Positions 11,601 to 20,557 of a stretch of DNA of 64,000 nt are shown here, one piece after another. Below the pieces are notes generated by a model that saw only the letters and a list, made by a program, of their open reading frames with translations, ran no database searches and was not told the DNA's origin. Position 1 is the stretch's first letter. Every line of letters begins with the position of its first letter. Both the position numbers and the translations under genes were made by a program. Source of the DNA: Candidatus Eiseniibacteriota bacterium (GTDB lineage: Bacteria; Eisenbacteria; RBG-16-71-46; CAIMUX01; VGJL01); contig CAWBWI010000001.1 in the NCBI GenBank assembly GCA_963792585.1, positions 1,760,001-1,824,000 on the forward strand. The letters are read 5' to 3'.

Positions 11601-13508
11601 GACGCGACCTTCACGATTCCGGAGTGCCTGGTGAGCGTGACCTCGCCCGCTCCCGGCGTCACGTGGGATCCGGGAGGCGCGCACGACATCACGTGGACAT
11701 CGAGCGCGTGTGGCGGAACGGTACGGATCGAACTCCTGAAGGGCGGCAGCCTCTGTTCCACGCTCGCGGAGGAGACACCCGACGACGGGATCTTCAACTG
11801 GACCGCGCAAACATGCGCGGGCGGCAACGGTTGCGACTACCTGATCCGCATCGTCGATATCGAGACCGGCCGCGCCGGCGAGATGGACGGCTTCTTCTGC
11901 ATCTGCCCTCCCTGTCCGCCGATCGTGGTCTCCCCGAACGGCGGCGAAAGCTGGCAAGAGGGGTCGGGGTTCGACATCGTCTGGACGCCGTCCTCCTGCG
12001 ACACGGCGGTCAAGGTCGAACTGACCCGGGACGGGTCGGTCTGCGACACGATCAGCGCGGGCACGCCCAACGACGGGCTGTTCCACTGGACGGCCGCACG
12101 CTGCGGCACCGCGACGGCCGGCTACCGCGTCCTCGTTACCGGGCTCGACTGCGGGCAGAGCGATTCCGGCAACGCGGACTTCGCGATCCCGCCGATGCCG
12201 TGCGCGCTCGAACTCACCTCGCCGGACGGAGGCGAAAGCTGGAGCCGCAACACCACCCACCTGATCCGCTGGGATACGGCAGGAGACTGTGGCGACCACG
12301 TGAAGATCGAACTCCTCCACAGCGGTGTTCCGTGCCTGACCATCGCGGAGTCGACGTCCAACGACGAGACCTATAGCTGGGCCGCGGCGACCTGCGGTGA
12401 CGACGAAACGGACTATGCGATCCGCTTGACGGAACTGACCGGGAACAAGACGAGCCAGAGCGCAGCACCATTCTCGATTCCGATATGCAGGCTGACGGTC
12501 ACGGCCCCCAATGGCGGCGAGACCTGGGTGGCGGAAACGCAGCAGACGATCACATGGGATCCGAACGCTGCATGTGGATCGACGGTTCGGATCGAGCTCC
12601 TGCGCGGCGGGATCTCATGCGAAACCATCGATGGAGCGGCGCCAAACACGGGCACCTACTCCTGGATTGCGCAGAACTGTAACGGCCATGCCGACGGCTA
12701 CCGCATTCGCGTGACCGACACGGCCACCGGCGCGACCGACGCGAGCGACGCCGATCTGCAGATTCCAACTCCCCCGTGCTCCATCCTCGTGACCGCCCCC
12801 AACGGCGGCGAAAACTGGACTGAGGGCTCCGTGCACTCGATCACCTGGACCCCGGCACACTGCGGCGAGACCGTGCAACTCGAGCTGGTGAAGGATGGCT
12901 CCCCATGCGGTGTGATCGCGGCTTCCGCACCAAATACGGGCAGCTTCTCATGGAACGTGGAGTCGTGCGTCGGCACGCCCGGCGCATGGAAGATTCGGGT
13001 GACCGATCTCGCCTCGCAGGCATTCGACGAGAGCAACCTGGCATTCCAGATCGCGACATCGCCCGACGCGTACATCCTCCCGCAGAACCTCTCCGTCTGC
13101 AGGGGCACGCAAAACGTCGAGATCCTCGTCCGGGGAAGGAATAGTCAAGCCCTCCAGGGCTACGGGGTGAGTCTCTGCTACGATACGGCCGTGTTCATCT
13201 GCGCAGGGATCTCCCTTGCCGATACGCGCGGCAGCGGCGCCTCCTACTTCGAGAACGATTGCGGATCCGGCTGCGCACGCGCGGGCGCGATCATCTCCAA
13301 CGCCTGTCCGCCCCAGGTCGACGCGGGGGACGGTCCGCTCCTGAAACTCACGCTGCACGTGAAGGCAGATGCCCCGCTCGGGACCACGACCCTCGATCTG
13401 AGAAACGTCGATCCCTCGACCAATACCATGGCGAGATGCGGCGGCGCGGGGATCGATCCTACCCTGCTCGACGGCCGGGTCACGATCTGCGGAGGGACAT
13501 CCCGATGA
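8628..13508 (+). CDS. Giant Cys-rich surface lipoprotein: Fn3-associated/chitobiase-C-like domain, 14 Ig-like (PNGGExW) repeats, C-terminal cohesin-like domain
   Basis: Lipobox LLVSC; 'ATPIFAP..GTF...TIRYTTDGTTP' domain; 14 repeats of about 95 aa; terminal 'GYGVSLCYDTAVF...GDGPLLKLTLHVKADAPLG...LLDGRVTI' is cohesin-like. Start codon uncertain. Confidence 0.8.
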   Translation: MMLPAGFRIVSPRVENPCGASWPTRLPSTFRVSLFLLLAITLLVSCGEDGPSKPEPEVKCATPIFAPLPGTFAAATNVTITCATVGATIRYTTDGTTPVEASPLYTHPVAIAATSTLEARAWRDGFDPSDVATGIYTITGGSCSIGVTAPNGGEQWILGTAQTIAWGSNQCGPNVKIELLREGASCLTIAESTPNDGDYEWTAARCGGVSFDYEVRVTDLTSGFQDTSNDPFEIVESCAVQVLSPNGGETWTVGTSHDIAWASREACGTDVRIELLLAGIPCDTLAEATENDGSFAWVAARCGTPTSGYSVRVTDLDSGVTDPGDASFSLPDPACDISVLAPNGGESWDEGSAQEIRWRALDCGPSVRIEMLRAGDLCKTIADSTENDGSFAWTADRCGSVNDGYTVRVTDRASSTNDLSDDAFSIPGPPCTLTILSPNGGESWEEGTDHEITWTSNACSPPLIIDLFHGGELCRRLSVGEPTEGTFTWRVERCGGATEGYTIRLAGSGAVDTCDAPFAITPAAVPCVLTVTAPEAGEILWKGSRETIRWTASNCGSLARLDLLCNGVVCGQITDGTGNAGFYEWPVFDCCADTCAHSIRVTDLASNNPAESATFCIRTCTVAVTSPAGQDQWTAGEEHTIAWSTEGCGSEVRIELWTEEESLCRTIAERTDNDGSFPWTVASCLYDNTGYQVVVADLTSGSAAASEGFTILEPNPCILNVLSPNGGERWPAGSVHPITWSRSACGANVRIDLVRQGAECLTLAASSPNSGSFEWTVAACGPDSTDYRIAITDIEYGVSDQSDAVFAIPSCEIALDAPVGGERWPDGSEQMIAWHSSGACDGPVRIDLRCNDQDCRTIAASTEDDGAFAWTVDACCTAPCDHRIRVTNLATGSSVESPAVFCICPPCAPAVVAPNGGEKWKAGTVRAITWSAADCGASVTIDLLRNGLPCHTIASAAPNNGSYSWTVEGCAGEPNGYAIRVTGVCDAADESDATFTIPECLVSVTSPAPGVTWDPGGAHDITWTSSACGGTVRIELLKGGSLCSTLAEETPDDGIFNWTAQTCAGGNGCDYLIRIVDIETGRAGEMDGFFCICPPCPPIVVSPNGGESWQEGSGFDIVWTPSSCDTAVKVELTRDGSVCDTISAGTPNDGLFHWTAARCGTATAGYRVLVTGLDCGQSDSGNADFAIPPMPCALELTSPDGGESWSRNTTHLIRWDTAGDCGDHVKIELLHSGVPCLTIAESTSNDETYSWAAATCGDDETDYAIRLTELTGNKTSQSAAPFSIPICRLTVTAPNGGETWVAETQQTITWDPNAACGSTVRIELLRGGISCETIDGAAPNTGTYSWIAQNCNGHADGYRIRVTDTATGATDASDADLQIPTPPCSILVTAPNGGENWTEGSVHSITWTPAHCGETVQLELVKDGSPCGVIAASAPNTGSFSWNVESCVGTPGAWKIRVTDLASQAFDESNLAFQIATSPDAYILPQNLSVCRGTQNVEILVRGRNSQALQGYGVSLCYDTAVFICAGISLADTRGSGASYFENDCGSGCARAGAIISNACPPQVDAGDGPLLKLTLHVKADAPLGTTTLDLRNVDPSTNTMARCGGAGIDPTLLDGRVTICGGTSR
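9054..13055 (+). repeat. 14 tandem intragenic repeats of about 285 bp (Cys-rich Ig-like, Kre9/KNH1-N-like)
   Basis: Recurring C-x5-PNGGExW-x3-5-IxW-x4-C-xx-VxIEL-x4-C-xxIA-xxx-NDGxFxW-x3-C-x5-YxIRVTD. Confidence 0.85.
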
Positions 13509-16500
13509 GAACGATCCTCGCGTTCATGACCCTGCTCCTCCTCGGCGGAACCCAGGTCCACGCCGGCCGCAACGCCAACGGCGCGATGATCGTCCACACG
13601 AGCGATGCGGTCGTTTTCACGTCGACCGGCGACTACTGCGGCGCCCTGTACAACAACCCCGGCACCTGCGGGGCGGCCGGAACACGGACCGACAAGTCGG
13701 AGGACGATCCAGCGGTCATCTGGTTCGTCGCGGCCTTCCTGAACACAGCGAGCCCCGCGGTGACGGGGGTCCAGTTCGGGATCGAGCACAATCTGCCGCC
13801 CGGCGCGGGGGCCTTTGCGAAGTTCGGCGCCTGCGGGACCGGCGTCCTCGAGTTGCCGGAAGACGGATGGCCGGAGACGGCGTTCGGAAACACCATCACC
13901 TTCAGTAGCGCATCGACCTCGAAGCTCTTCCCTTTCTACTACTTTGCGGCCTATGGATTCGCGGGCGCGTACGTCGGGACCGGCGTGAGCCCGAACCTGG
14001 GGCACGCTTTGTTCACCGACGATGCCAACCCGCCCGGGGAAGACAACTGCTACAATTTCGGCCGGGTCCTCTGGCACCAGACCGGATTCAACGAGTGCCC
14101 CACCACACCGACATGCCAGGTCACGGTCACCTCGCCCAACGGCGGGGAGATCTGGACTGAAGGATCGGTGCACACGATCACCTGGAGTTCATCGGGTTGC
14201 GAGGGTCCCGTCCAGATCGACCTGATCCGGACCGACGGCCTGGCCTGCGAGACGATTGCCGTCGATGCGCCGAACTCCGGCGCGTACGGCTGGGTCGCCC
14301 AGAATTGCCTGGGAGGAAGCGGAAGTTACAAGATCCGTATCACGGATCTGCGCAGCGGCCGGATGGACGAGAGCAACCAGAGCTTCTTCGTTCCCGACGC
14401 CCCCGCCTGCCTGATCACCGTCATCGCCCCCGACGGCGGCGAGACGATCGACCAGGGAGGCTCATACGAGATCACATGGGGATCGACGCTGTGCGGTGCG
14501 AATGTGAAGATCGAACTGATCCAATACGGCAGTGTTTGCGCAACGCTCTCTGCATCGACCCCGAACGACGGCAGCTTCCTCTGGACGGCGCAGCCGTGCG
14601 CGGGGATGTGCGGGTACAAGATCCGCGTCACCGACTTCAGCTCGGGTGCGGCCGACGAGTCGGCCGAGGAGTTCTGCTTCCGCCCCTGCGCGCCGCACGT
14701 GGACGCGCCCAACGGGGGCGAGGAGTGGATCGCAGCGACCGAGAACGAGATCCGGTGGTCACCCGGCGCTTGCGGCGCGACCGCGAAGATCGAACTTCTC
14801 CGCAATGGGATCGTCTGCTCGACAATCGCGGCCGGCACTCCCAACGACGGAAGCTTTCTCTGGAGCGCCCAGCCGTGCGCGGGCGCGTCCGACGGCTACC
14901 GGATCCGGATCACGGACCTCTCCGGCGACGGGAAGGACGAGAGCGACGCCACCTTCCGGATCCTCTCATGCGAACTCGCCGTAACGGCCCCCAACGGGGG
15001 CGAGAGCTGGCAAGCCGAGAGCGTGCAGACGGTCACCTGGACGGCGAATCATTGCGGGGGCGACGTCCGGATCGAGCTCCTGCGCAGCGGCGTGGTCTGT
15101 GCCACGCTTGCCGCGAGCACTCCGAACGACGGGAGCTTCCTCTGGACGGTGGCCCAATGCGCGGGAAACCGGACCGACTACCGGATCCGGATTACCGACT
15201 TGCGCGGGGGCCTGCTGGACGAGAGCGACGCGGTGTTCAGCATCCCCGATCCCGCATGCACCATCCATGTGACGGCCCCGAACGAGGGCGAGAGCTGGAC
15301 CGAAGGTCTCCCGCACGACATCACATGGACTTCCGCCCACTGCGGCGGGACGGTGAAGATCGAACTCCTCTTGAACAACACGGTCTGCGCAACCATCAGC
15401 GCGAGCACCCCTGACGATGGGCTCGTGACGTGGACGGCGCAACGATGCGGCTCGGCGACGACGGGTTACAAGATCCGCATCACCGATCTGACCTTCGCCT
15501 CCGTGGATGAGAGCGACGTCGCCTTCTCGATTCCCGCCTGCCAGCTCACAATCACATCCCCGAGCGGCGGGAGTTGGGCCCCCGGATCGAGCCACTCGAT
15601 CGTTTGGACTTCCCAGGCATGCGGGAGCGCCGTCAGGATCGACCTGCTCCGCAACGGCTCCGTGTGCACGACGATCTCCGCATCCACCGCGAACGACGGC
15701 GAGTTCCTATGGACCGCCCAGCAGTGCACGTACGGCGTGAGTGGGTACAGGATCCGACTGACTGACCTCGCGACCGGGGAAACCGGCCAGAGCGAGTTGT
15801 TCTGCATCAGTTGCGACGACTTCTTCGCCATACCGGCGTCGACCGAGCTGACCGTCGGTCACACAAGTCTCACGATCCCGATCGAGGGCGGCAACGACAC
15901 GTCCATCCGCGCCTACTCGATCCGCGTCTGCTTCGATCCCGCCGTCCTCGAATGCACCGACCTCTCCCTTGCGGGCACGCGCGGAGCGGGGGCGTCGAAC
16001 TTCACGAAGTCGATCAGCGCCTCGTGCGCGACCGGCACCGTCACATTCTCACCGACATGCCCCCCACAGATCGCTCCCGGCACCGGTACCTACCTGAATT
16101 TGACCGTCAACGTGAAGCCGACCGCACCCCTCGGTCCGACGACGCTGACGTTCACCGGCGGGATCCCACCGTCGACGTCGATGACGACGTGCGCCGGAAC
16201 GCTGATCGGTCTCTCCCTGCAGAGCGGATCGATCACGATCGTCCCCGAGAAGTTCCGCCGAGGCGACGACAACGCGGACGGCCTCTGGGACATTGCCGAC
16301 CCGGTCTATTGCCTGGACTCTCAGTACGGCGGAGGCCCGCTTCCTCCGTGCCGAGACGCAGGCGATTTCGACGACTCGGGGCGATATGACATCGCCGACT
16401 GCGTGGCGAATCTTTGCTGGCAGTTCGGCAATTGCAGCGCTCCGCCGCCCCCCTTCGCGTCATGCGGGGCCGACCCCACGACCGGAGACGCGCTCGGCTG

Positions 16501-17257
16501 CGCTCACTACGCCGCCTGCGGTAACGAGATCCCGACCGCCCTGAGCGCGCCCGAGACGAATCCCGGCTGCCGGATCTCCCTCGGCGCGATCTCCTATGCA
16601 GGATGGGACTCGCTCATCGTGCCGATTCGCTTGACGAGTCCCATGGACATCGTAGCGCTGCAGTACACGATCGCCTACGACCCGGCCACGCTGACCTTCA
16701 CGGGTCTCGACCGGTCAGAGGTCCCGTTCGACTTCTATGCGGCGCGACCCGATCCACAGGGGGGTCGAGCGCTCGCGGGCGCCGTCCCCGACCTGGGCCT
16801 CACCGTTCCGCTCGCGCCGGGAGAGCACGGGATCGGGCGGCTGGTCTTCGTGGTTTCCGATCCGGCCCGGCTCGAGGCCGGACGGATCGACATCGGCGAT
16901 GTGCGCGTGATCGGCGTCGATCGGGTCGCACGGGCTGGTGAAGGAGCGAGCGTGACGGCGGCCGGAGCGCCCGCGGCGGCAAGCGCACCCCGACTTCGGG
17001 TGGCCAATCCGTATCGGCCGGGCGATGCGATTCTTCTCGATCTCCCCGAAGCTGCGCTCGCGAACGTCGCCGTATTCAACGTCTCGGGTCAGAAGGTGCG
17101 CACGATCTTCGGCGATGAGGATCTCCGCCGCGGCCGCCACTCCCTCCGGTGGGACGGGAAGACGGAATCGGGCGGGGACGCCGGCACGGGAATCTACTAC
17201 ATCCGCGCGATGGTCGGGCCGCGCATGGTGGGTCGCAAGATCACGTTGATTCGCTGA
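13505..17257 (+). CDS. Secreted modular protein: N-terminal unknown domain, 6 Ig-like repeats, cohesin, dockerin-like, second cohesin-like, FlgD-Ig domain
   Basis: ATGA overlap with the upstream gene; signal peptide MRTILAFMTLLLLGGTQVHA; dockerin-like 'FRRGDDNADGLWDIAD...DAGDFDDSGRYDIAD'; cohesin-like 'VCFDPAVL' and 'LQYTIAYDPATLTF'; C-terminal 'FNVSGQKVR...WDG...GIY'. Confidence 0.8.
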   Translation: MRTILAFMTLLLLGGTQVHAGRNANGAMIVHTSDAVVFTSTGDYCGALYNNPGTCGAAGTRTDKSEDDPAVIWFVAAFLNTASPAVTGVQFGIEHNLPPGAGAFAKFGACGTGVLELPEDGWPETAFGNTITFSSASTSKLFPFYYFAAYGFAGAYVGTGVSPNLGHALFTDDANPPGEDNCYNFGRVLWHQTGFNECPTTPTCQVTVTSPNGGEIWTEGSVHTITWSSSGCEGPVQIDLIRTDGLACETIAVDAPNSGAYGWVAQNCLGGSGSYKIRITDLRSGRMDESNQSFFVPDAPACLITVIAPDGGETIDQGGSYEITWGSTLCGANVKIELIQYGSVCATLSASTPNDGSFLWTAQPCAGMCGYKIRVTDFSSGAADESAEEFCFRPCAPHVDAPNGGEEWIAATENEIRWSPGACGATAKIELLRNGIVCSTIAAGTPNDGSFLWSAQPCAGASDGYRIRITDLSGDGKDESDATFRILSCELAVTAPNGGESWQAESVQTVTWTANHCGGDVRIELLRSGVVCATLAASTPNDGSFLWTVAQCAGNRTDYRIRITDLRGGLLDESDAVFSIPDPACTIHVTAPNEGESWTEGLPHDITWTSAHCGGTVKIELLLNNTVCATISASTPDDGLVTWTAQRCGSATTGYKIRITDLTFASVDESDVAFSIPACQLTITSPSGGSWAPGSSHSIVWTSQACGSAVRIDLLRNGSVCTTISASTANDGEFLWTAQQCTYGVSGYRIRLTDLATGETGQSELFCISCDDFFAIPASTELTVGHTSLTIPIEGGNDTSIRAYSIRVCFDPAVLECTDLSLAGTRGAGASNFTKSISASCATGTVTFSPTCPPQIAPGTGTYLNLTVNVKPTAPLGPTTLTFTGGIPPSTSMTTCAGTLIGLSLQSGSITIVPEKFRRGDDNADGLWDIADPVYCLDSQYGGGPLPPCRDAGDFDDSGRYDIADCVANLCWQFGNCSAPPPPFASCGADPTTGDALGCAHYAACGNEIPTALSAPETNPGCRISLGAISYAGWDSLIVPIRLTSPMDIVALQYTIAYDPATLTFTGLDRSEVPFDFYAARPDPQGGRALAGAVPDLGLTVPLAPGEHGIGRLVFVVSDPARLEAGRIDIGDVRVIGVDRVARAGEGASVTAAGAPAAASAPRLRVANPYRPGDAILLDLPEAALANVAVFNVSGQKVRTIFGDEDLRRGRHSLRWDGKTESGGDAGTGIYYIRAMVGPRMVGRKITLIR
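14114..15810 (+). repeat. 6 tandem Cys-rich Ig-like repeats of the same family as in the upstream gene
   Basis: Repeat starts CQVTVTSPNGGEIW, CLITVIAPDGGE, CAPHVDAPNGGEEW, CELAVTAPNGGESW, CTIHVTAPNEGESW, CQLTITSPSGGSW. Confidence 0.85.
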
Positions 17258-17268
17258 AACATGCGTCG

Positions 17269-17298
17269 CGACCGGCGTTCCGTCCGGGGCGCCGGTCG
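17269..17298. terminator. Hairpin between convergent genes
   Basis: CGACCGGCG...CGCCGGTCG inverted repeat between the stops at 17257 and 17334. Confidence 0.4.
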
Positions 17299-17333
17299 AA
17301 CAAGAACAGCCCTTCAGCGACTTCTCGTCGCAT

Positions 17334-17912
17334 TCAGCGGTAGAGAGTCCGGACCCTCCCCCAGCTGACCACCACTGTCGGATCCACGTCGCTCGTCGGG
17401 AGCAGGATCAAGTCGAGGCAATCCAGGCGTGTGCGCATCGAACCATCGCCTCCATCGATGCTCCACTTCACGACGTAGGCGCCGGGGTCGAGAGCGATCG
17501 GTTCCGTCGACTGGACCCAGTCGTAGGCGGCGCTCTCTCAGCTCACACCGGATCCGGGGACCGTGACGAGCGTTACGCTCGCGACGGGTGTCTCCAAGGG
17601 TTCACTCAGGTAGTCCATCCGGAAGGTGCGGACGTAGCCGATCGCCCCCGCGCTTCGGAGTGCGGTCAAGAACACCGCCCTCGAACTGAGCGAGAGGTGG
17701 AGCTTGATCCACTCCCCATCGCAGTCGACACCATCCACGCCGTATCCCCCGGATGCCTCCGAGCAGGCCACGACTCCAATGGCCATACCGCAATCGGCGA
17801 TCTGACCATTGCTGTAGAAGCTCTCGGCCTCGATTCGCTGCGTTGTCCCCGAGGAGGTGACAGGAGAGAGAAGGAGAAGGATGACCCATGCGGGCCGAAG
17901 GTGGCGTGCCAT
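17334..17912 (-). CDS. Secreted CBM6/35-like protein with in-frame UGA at codon 125; candidate selenoprotein (192 aa)
   Basis: GGAGGT RBS, signal peptide, 'QRIEAESF...DGEWIKL'. The frame continues past TGA (17538-17540) for 67 codons and ends SWGRVRTLYR*. SECIS-like hairpin follows the TGA. Confidence 0.7.
17508..17523 (-). promoter_or_regulatory. Putative bacterial SECIS element
   Basis: mRNA UGA-GAGAGCGCCGCCUA-CGACUG-GGUC-CAGUCG: 6-bp perfect stem with a G-led GGUC loop 20 nt after the UGA. Confidence 0.6.
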
Positions 17913-18015
17913 ACATACCTCCGCGAAAGAGGATAGCACGTCCGTCAAGCCGTCGCCATGGTGTCAGGATGCGAAGCTCGGTGAGAGGCGGGCGGCAACC
18001 GGCGAATCGAGCAGA

Positions 18016-19264
18016 TTACTCGTACCGTAGCGCATCGATCGGATGCAGCCGCGAAGCCCGAACCGCCGGGAGCAAACCGAACACGACCCCTACCACCGTG
18101 CAGAACAAGAGCCCGATCACGGCCCATTCCATTGGGACCTTCGCCGCAAACTGCGTAAACACCGTGACGAGGTTGCCCAGTCCGAATCCGACAAGGACCC
18201 CGATGACCCCACCGATGTTGCACAGAATGACCGCCTCGAGCAGGAACTGAGCCAGAATGCTCTGCGGCTTGGCCCCCAGGGCCTTGCGGATCCCGATCTC
18301 TCTGGTCCGTTCCGTAACCGCGACGAGCATGATGTTCATGATGCCGATCCCCGCGACCATCAGCGCAATGGTGCCGATGATGAAGGCGGCGATCTTGACC
18401 CCCTGACTCATCCTGTTGAATTGCGTGATCAGGCTCTGACTGCTGAAGAACTCGAAGTTGTCCGGCTCGTTCGGTCTCAAGCGACGTTCGTGCCGCATCA
18501 CGCGTCGCGTCTGCTCCATAGCGTCTTCGGTCAACTCCGGCGTCTTCGCTCGCACCGTGATGTTGACGGAGCGTGGGAAACCGTCCTTGTTCACCATGCC
18601 GTAGGTCTTGACGAAGGTCGTCACCGGGATCAGGACGTAGTTGTCGAAGTTCCCTCCGAAGGCCGACTTCTTCTCATCGAAGACCCCGATGACCTCGTAC
18701 TTGCGTCCGTCCACGCGGACGGCCTTTCCGATCGGATCGATGAACGGGAACAGCTTCTTGCCGATCGCATACCCGATGACGGCCACGTTGCGGGCGCTCC
18801 GAACATCCATCTCGGAGATGTTCCGTCCGATCCCGACCGCGTGGGTGTTGTTCGGCGCGTATTCGGGAGTCCCCCCGACGATCGCGAGGTTCGGATTGGT
18901 GGTCTCCCCCTTGTATTCCGCGCTGAATCCGAATTCCCAGATTTCGGAACCGACGAGGTCGACGGTCGAGACCTGTTCTCGGATCGCCGCGGCGTGCTCC
19001 AAAGTGATCGGTGGCCGGTTCCGTGCCCTCCGGCGTTGCTCATCGGAGTTGAACCCGCCCGCGGGCCATTTCTGCACCTGGAAGACTTGGGCGCCCAGGA
19101 CGCTCATCTCCTTCTCCATGGTGCCTTGCACCACCGAGATTGCGGTCATGACGGCGATGATCGAGGCGACGCCCGCGATGATCCCCACCAAGGTCAGGAT
19201 CGACCTCAACCTGTTGGTCAACAATGCGCCCCCAGGACATCGAGAGGATGTCAAAGGGGAGCAC
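18016..19264 (-). CDS. ABC transporter permease (MacB/FtsX family); frameshift near 19231
   Basis: [53 protein letters not shown] start after AGGAGG; removing one base from the 5-base run at 19229-19233 restores MLPFDILSMSWGALLTNRLRS. Confidence 0.85.
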
Positions 19265-19287
19265 GACGCACCCTCCTGATCGCGGAG

Positions 19288-20557
19288 CTACTCATAGCGC
19301 AAGGCCTCGATCGGATCCATTCTGGCTCCCCGGTAAGCCGGGCGCCACTCCCGCCACCACGCCGACCGTGACCGACACAAGAACCGCGACGACCAAGATC
19401 GGGATCGAGATGCTCGCCGGCATCAACACCGCATTGACTACCAGGGTGAGAATCCAGGCCAGGCAGATTCCGACCACTCCCCCGAGCAGGCAGATGGATG
19501 CCGACTCGATGAGAAACTGGAGCAGGATGCTCCTTCGGGTGGCGCCGATCGCCTTGCGGACTCCGATCTCTCGCGTGCGCTCGGTGACGGAGACGAACAT
19601 GATGTTCATGACGCCGATCGCGCCCACGAACAATGAGATGCTCGTCACCAACAGCCCCACCAGGAGAACGACGCCCATGACGTTGTTGAAGGTGCCCACC
19701 AGGGTGTCGAGCTTGTTGATGGAGAAGTTGTCGGGTTCCGCGGGACGGAGGTTGCGAATCTTCCGCATCTCCCCGATCACCTCGTACTCGAGATCCCCCA
19801 TCGCCTCCTGAATCGGGGCCTTGACCGCGACGTTGACGTCCTCGCCCCCATGGCCGCCGGAGAACGCACTCACGTAGGAGGTGATGGGAATGAAGATCTG
19901 CCGGTCGAAATTCGGTCCACCCAGGAAACTTCCTCCCTGCTTCTCCATCACGCCGACGATACGAAAGTCGGCGCGGCCGATCTTGATCGACTTGTTCATC
20001 GGATCGGCAGTTCCGAAGAGTCCGTCCCGCACATCGGTTCCGATCACGCACACCCTTCTCTTGAAGGCAACGTCGAACGGCATGAGGAACCGGCCGGCCT
20101 GGGGTTGGGCGCTGGACATGCGCACCTGTTTGTCGGTAGTCCCAATGACGCTCACGTTCTCCATGATCTCCGAGCGGTGTTTGACGTCGCGTCGCCCTTC
20201 GATGGACGGATTGACCAGGGCCCTTCCGCGCATCCTCTTCTCCAGGACTCGGGCCTCGCGGAGATCGATGTTGGGGCGATTGCGGTAGAGAAAGAAGTCG
20301 TTCATGGTCACCCACGGCACGCGGGAGACATAGAGCACGTCCGTGCCCACGGCCGAGAAGCTCTCGCGGAATCTGTCACGCAGTCCGTTGACAGCGGTCA
20401 TGGTGAGCACGACCGCCACGATCCCGATGATGATTCCCAGGGTGGTCAGAGCGCCGCGGACCTTGTTGGCGCGGATTGCGTCGAACGCGATCCGGAGGGA
20501 CGTCCCGATATCGACGGCGGCCCTCATCCTCAAGCGACCCTGGGCGCGCTCATGCAT
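19288..20557 (-). CDS. ABC transporter permease (MacB/FtsX family); frameshift near 19341
   Basis: [39 protein letters not shown]. Removing one base at 19340-19342 restores the canonical end [17 protein letters not shown]. Start approximate. Confidence 0.85.

Noticed and set aside
13259..13504. Upstream extension of the second scaffold gene as given in the ORF track
   Set aside because: It overlaps the cohesin of gene 1. The signal peptide, GGAGG RBS and ATGA coupling place the start at 13505.
9054..15810. CRISPR-like or DNA-level tandem array
   Set aside because: The repeats are diverged in-frame protein domains of about 285 bp, not identical short repeats with spacers, and no cas genes are present.
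17538..17540. Genome-wide UGA reassignment (Trp/Gly)
   Set aside because: Many well-defined genes here end at TGA exactly at their expected C-termini (for example 3551, 17257, 43164).
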